From Bacteroidales bacterium (GTDB lineage Bacteria; Bacteroidota; Bacteroidia; Bacteroidales; UBA932), in NCBI GenBank assembly GCA_017553255.1, contig JAFZML010000181.1:1-39710 (forward strand): DNA of 39,710 bases, written 5' to 3'. Made by a program: the position numbers and the translations under genes. Of the stretch, positions 37,542 to 39,710 are shown in pieces. Every line of letters begins with the position of its first letter. Within the stretch, counting starts at the first letter, position 1. Below the pieces are notes generated by a model. The model did not search any database. It was given only the letters and a program-made list of their open reading frames with translations, and had not been told where the DNA came from.

Positions 37542-38469
37542 TTCCGCTGGTGCGGATGTTCTCCGCCATCTCATGGGCCAGCCTGGCCCTTGCTTCCAGT
37601 GAATACCAGGCAATATGAGGCGTAAAGTGCAGCTTTTCAGGCTGCTTAAGATTCATTAAGGGGCTGCTCAGAGGGAGCGGCTCCTTTACGTATACGTCAA
37701 GCCCTGCGCCGGCAATGAGGCCATCGTCAAGGGCCCTTGCAAGATCCTCTTCCACGGCAATGCCTCCCCGGCCTGTATTCACAAGAAAAGCCGTGCGCTT
37801 CATCTTCCGGAACTCTTCATAGCCAAGGAGCCCGGCTGTGCGCTCATTGTAGGGGGCGTGGATGGAGATTACATCGGCCCTGGAAAGCATCTCATCAAGG
37901 GATACGGACGGATAATCCTTGCAATGGGAAGTGCCGGAGGTGGAATAATAGATTACTTCCATTCCAAAGGCGCGGCCAATTGCTGCAACCTTTTGGCCGA
38001 TAGCCCCCATCCCAATGATTCCCAGCGTTTTTCCGGCAAGCTCCGTGAAGGGATGGGCAAAGTCTACGTGTACGGGATTACGGCTGTAGGCCCCACTGGT
38101 TACGAATTCCTGATAATGGAAAGCCCTCCCCGCAAGGTTCAGGATGTGCATCCAGGCCGTCTGGGCCACGGAATCCGTTGAATATGCGGCAACGTTACGC
38201 ACCAACACGCCGCGCTCCTCACACAGTTTCACGTCTATGTTGTTAATGCCGGTTCCGGCCTCGCAGATGAGCTTTAGGTTTGGCGCCGCATCAAGGAAAG
38301 CCTTATCCACAATCACCTTGTTAAGGCACGCTACGTGGGCATCCCGGACCCTTTCTCGGGCCTGCTCGGCTGTAGATGACTGGTAACATACAAACTCTCC
38401 CTGGGCCGCAATTTCCTCAAGGGAAACGTCTCCCATTGATATGGCATCCAAAAAAACTATCTTGATCAT
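37531..38469 (-). CDS. D-2-hydroxyacid dehydrogenase (glycerate dehydrogenase-like)
   Basis: GIIGMGAIG, SIHAP, VNTGRG, LDVYVKEP, TPHIAW. Confidence 0.93.
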   Translation of the reverse strand: MIKIVFLDAISMGDVSLEEIAAQGEFVCYQSSTAEQARERVRDAHVACLNKVIVDKAFLDAAPNLKLICEAGTGINNIDVKLCEERGVLVRNVAAYSTDSVAQTAWMHILNLAGRAFHYQEFVTSGAYSRNPVHVDFAHPFTELAGKTLGIIGMGAIGQKVAAIGRAFGMEVIYYSTSGTSHCKDYPSVSLDEMLSRADVISIHAPYNERTAGLLGYEEFRKMKRTAFLVNTGRGGIAVEEDLARALDDGLIAGAGLDVYVKEPLPLSSPLMNLKQPEKLHFTPHIAWYSLEARARLAHEMAENIRTSGISV

Positions 38470-38479
38470 AATCTGTTTG

Positions 38480-38591
38480 AGATTCTCTCCTTCGTTTCAC
38501 TCAGTCGGAATGACAATGATGTTTATTTGTCATACCAGCATTTAATGTCATACCTGCTTTTAATGTCATACCGAGCGAAGCGAGTGTATCT
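38480..38591. repeat. Divergent pair of TGTCAT...ATCT repeats with 18-bp stutter
   Basis: Minus copy at 38480-38515; plus partial copies at 38528 and 38546; full copy at 38564-38591 (tgtcataccgagcgaagcgagtgtatct). Confidence 0.85.
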
Positions 38592-38600
38592 CATTAGTTA

Positions 38601-38628
38601 CAAAATTAATAGAATTTTTGTATATTTG
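38601..38628. promoter_or_regulatory. Back-to-back divergent -7 promoter elements
   Basis: TAATTTTG on minus (38601-38608) and TATATTTG on plus (38621-38628), 12 bp apart. Confidence 0.65.
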
Positions 38629-38637
38629 ACCTCACTA

Positions 38638-39168
38638 ATGGCCAATGTTCGGGAAATATTAGCCGGGATTGATGAGAAAGCTCCCTATTCCATGGTGGTA
38701 GAAGCCTCCGTGCGGGATTACTGCGTGCTTGCCCTTCAGTTCCTCCGTGGCCAGGCAGATTTCGGCCAGTATTTTGAGACCCGTCTCCCCAGTCCAATGC
38801 CCGCCCTTGAAGCGGAGGTAGTGGCCCGGAAATATGCCTCTGAGCGCTATTCGGCCCAGTTTTACTCCCCTTCTTCTGAGGCGCTGCTGGCCGATGTTAT
38901 TGCCGACGTAGCCTTTGCCCAAAGCCAGCGTCTCACCCTCACTACGCCCTCCACTCCGCAGGCCGATGACCGTGAACGCGCATGCGTATATATTGTTGCC
39001 GTCTATACCCTCTTTGCCCTGGCCCTTCACGGCCGCAAGGACTTTGCCGTGCTTTTCCTTGAAGCCTGGGCAAATTTCAATATGTACGCAAGTGCCAGGA
39101 CCATTCGTAAGCACTACGACAAATCCTGGCACTCTAGGTACAATTCCCTGTTTTATCCTCTGGGATAG
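38638..39168 (+). CDS. Hypothetical protein (176 aa)
   Basis: ATG 38638 just after a -7 element, open to TAG 39168; no family recognised. Confidence 0.65.
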   Translation: MANVREILAGIDEKAPYSMVVEASVRDYCVLALQFLRGQADFGQYFETRLPSPMPALEAEVVARKYASERYSAQFYSPSSEALLADVIADVAFAQSQRLTLTTPSTPQADDRERACVYIVAVYTLFALALHGRKDFAVLFLEAWANFNMYASARTIRKHYDKSWHSRYNSLFYPLG

Positions 39169-39263
39169 ATCCTTCGTCACTTCGTTCCTCAGGATGACAA
39201 ATGTCATTCTTTTTTTGTCATTCTGAGCGATTATTTTGTCATTCTGAGCGAAGCGAAGAATCT
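39167..39263. repeat. Divergent pair of TGTCAT...ATCT repeats with stutter, between convergent genes
   Basis: Minus copy at 39167-39199; plus partial copies at 39202 and 39216; full copy at 39237-39263 (tgtcattctgagcgaagcgaagaatct). Confidence 0.88.
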
Positions 39264-39710
39264 ATGCGTTAAGTCTCACCTCTAGACGTTTACGGATTTC
39301 CTGGAGGAACTGGAGGGAGGTAAGACCCTTGGGGGTGATGCCTTCCGAAAGGTTCACAAGGTCCTTGGTCTCAAGGCCTTCGTTAAGGGTATCGAAGCAG
39401 GCCTGCTCCAGCTGGTTGGCATAGTTCACAAGCTCAGGAAGCTTATCCAGCTCTCCCCTCTTGCGGAATGCGCCGCTCCAGGCAAAGATTGTTGCCATGG
39501 GGTTGGTGGACGTCTCTTCGCCCTTCAGGTACTTGTAATAGTGACGGGTAACAGTACCGTGAGCGGCCTCGTACTCATACTTGCCGTCCGGGCTGACGAG
39601 CACGGAGGTCATCATTGCCAGCGAACCGAATGCGGTGGAGACCATGTCGGACATGACGTCGCCGTCGTAGTTCTTGCAAGCCCAGATGAACCCGCCTTCG
39701 CTGCGCATTA
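39262..39710 (-). CDS. icd: NADP-dependent isocitrate dehydrogenase (C-terminal part; 5' end outside window)
   Basis: [41 protein letters not shown]. Confidence 0.96.
   Translation of the reverse strand, partial: MRSEGGFIWACKNYDGDVMSDMVSTAFGSLAMMTSVLVSPDGKYEYEAAHGTVTRHYYKYLKGEETSTNPMATIFAWSGAFRKRGELDKLPELVNYANQLEQACFDTLNEGLETKDLVNLSEGITPKGLTSLQFLQEIRKRLEVRLNA

Noticed and set aside
38527-38637. Extended N-terminus MSYQHLMSYLLLMSYRAKR of the orphan ORF
   Set aside because: It is a translation of the 18-bp stutter and lies upstream of the -7 promoter element.
1-39710. tRNA, rRNA, riboswitch or clear intrinsic terminators
   Set aside because: None could be recognised by eye with support; a covariance-model scan would be needed.

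Overview
Chromosomal window from a Bacteroidales-type bacterium, judged from TAnnTTTG -7 promoters, gene order and protein families. Left part, housekeeping: cdsA (partial), ftsH, rsfS, a degenerate priA, then parA, parB, a DUF5683 gene and a LysM lytic transglycosylase. Next is a HUH/Y1 (RAYT-like) transposase gene between two direct arrays of a 50-bp-period hairpin repeat with compensatory base changes, the most striking element. A HhH/outer-membrane gene and hpt-adk follow. A lipid block comes next: an MMPL transporter coupled to a Firmicutes-style fakA-fakB-GNAT-plsX-acp unit. On the minus strand are a nucleoside kinase, an acyltransferase and an aryl-polyene/flexirubin-like type II FAS/PKS cluster. 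Right end: deoxyhypusine-synthase-like gene, small AraC protein, D-2-hydroxyacid dehydrogenase, an orphan gene and partial icd. A second, dispersed family of (T/C)GTCAT...ATCT-tagged DNA hairpins occurs at nine places. These copies abut start codons, overlap stop codons, bracket single genes, show stuttered 5' halves and sit in frame inside two enzymes. A third enzyme carries a separate 92-bp in-frame palindrome. All family assignments come from motif recognition by eye; no searches were run.
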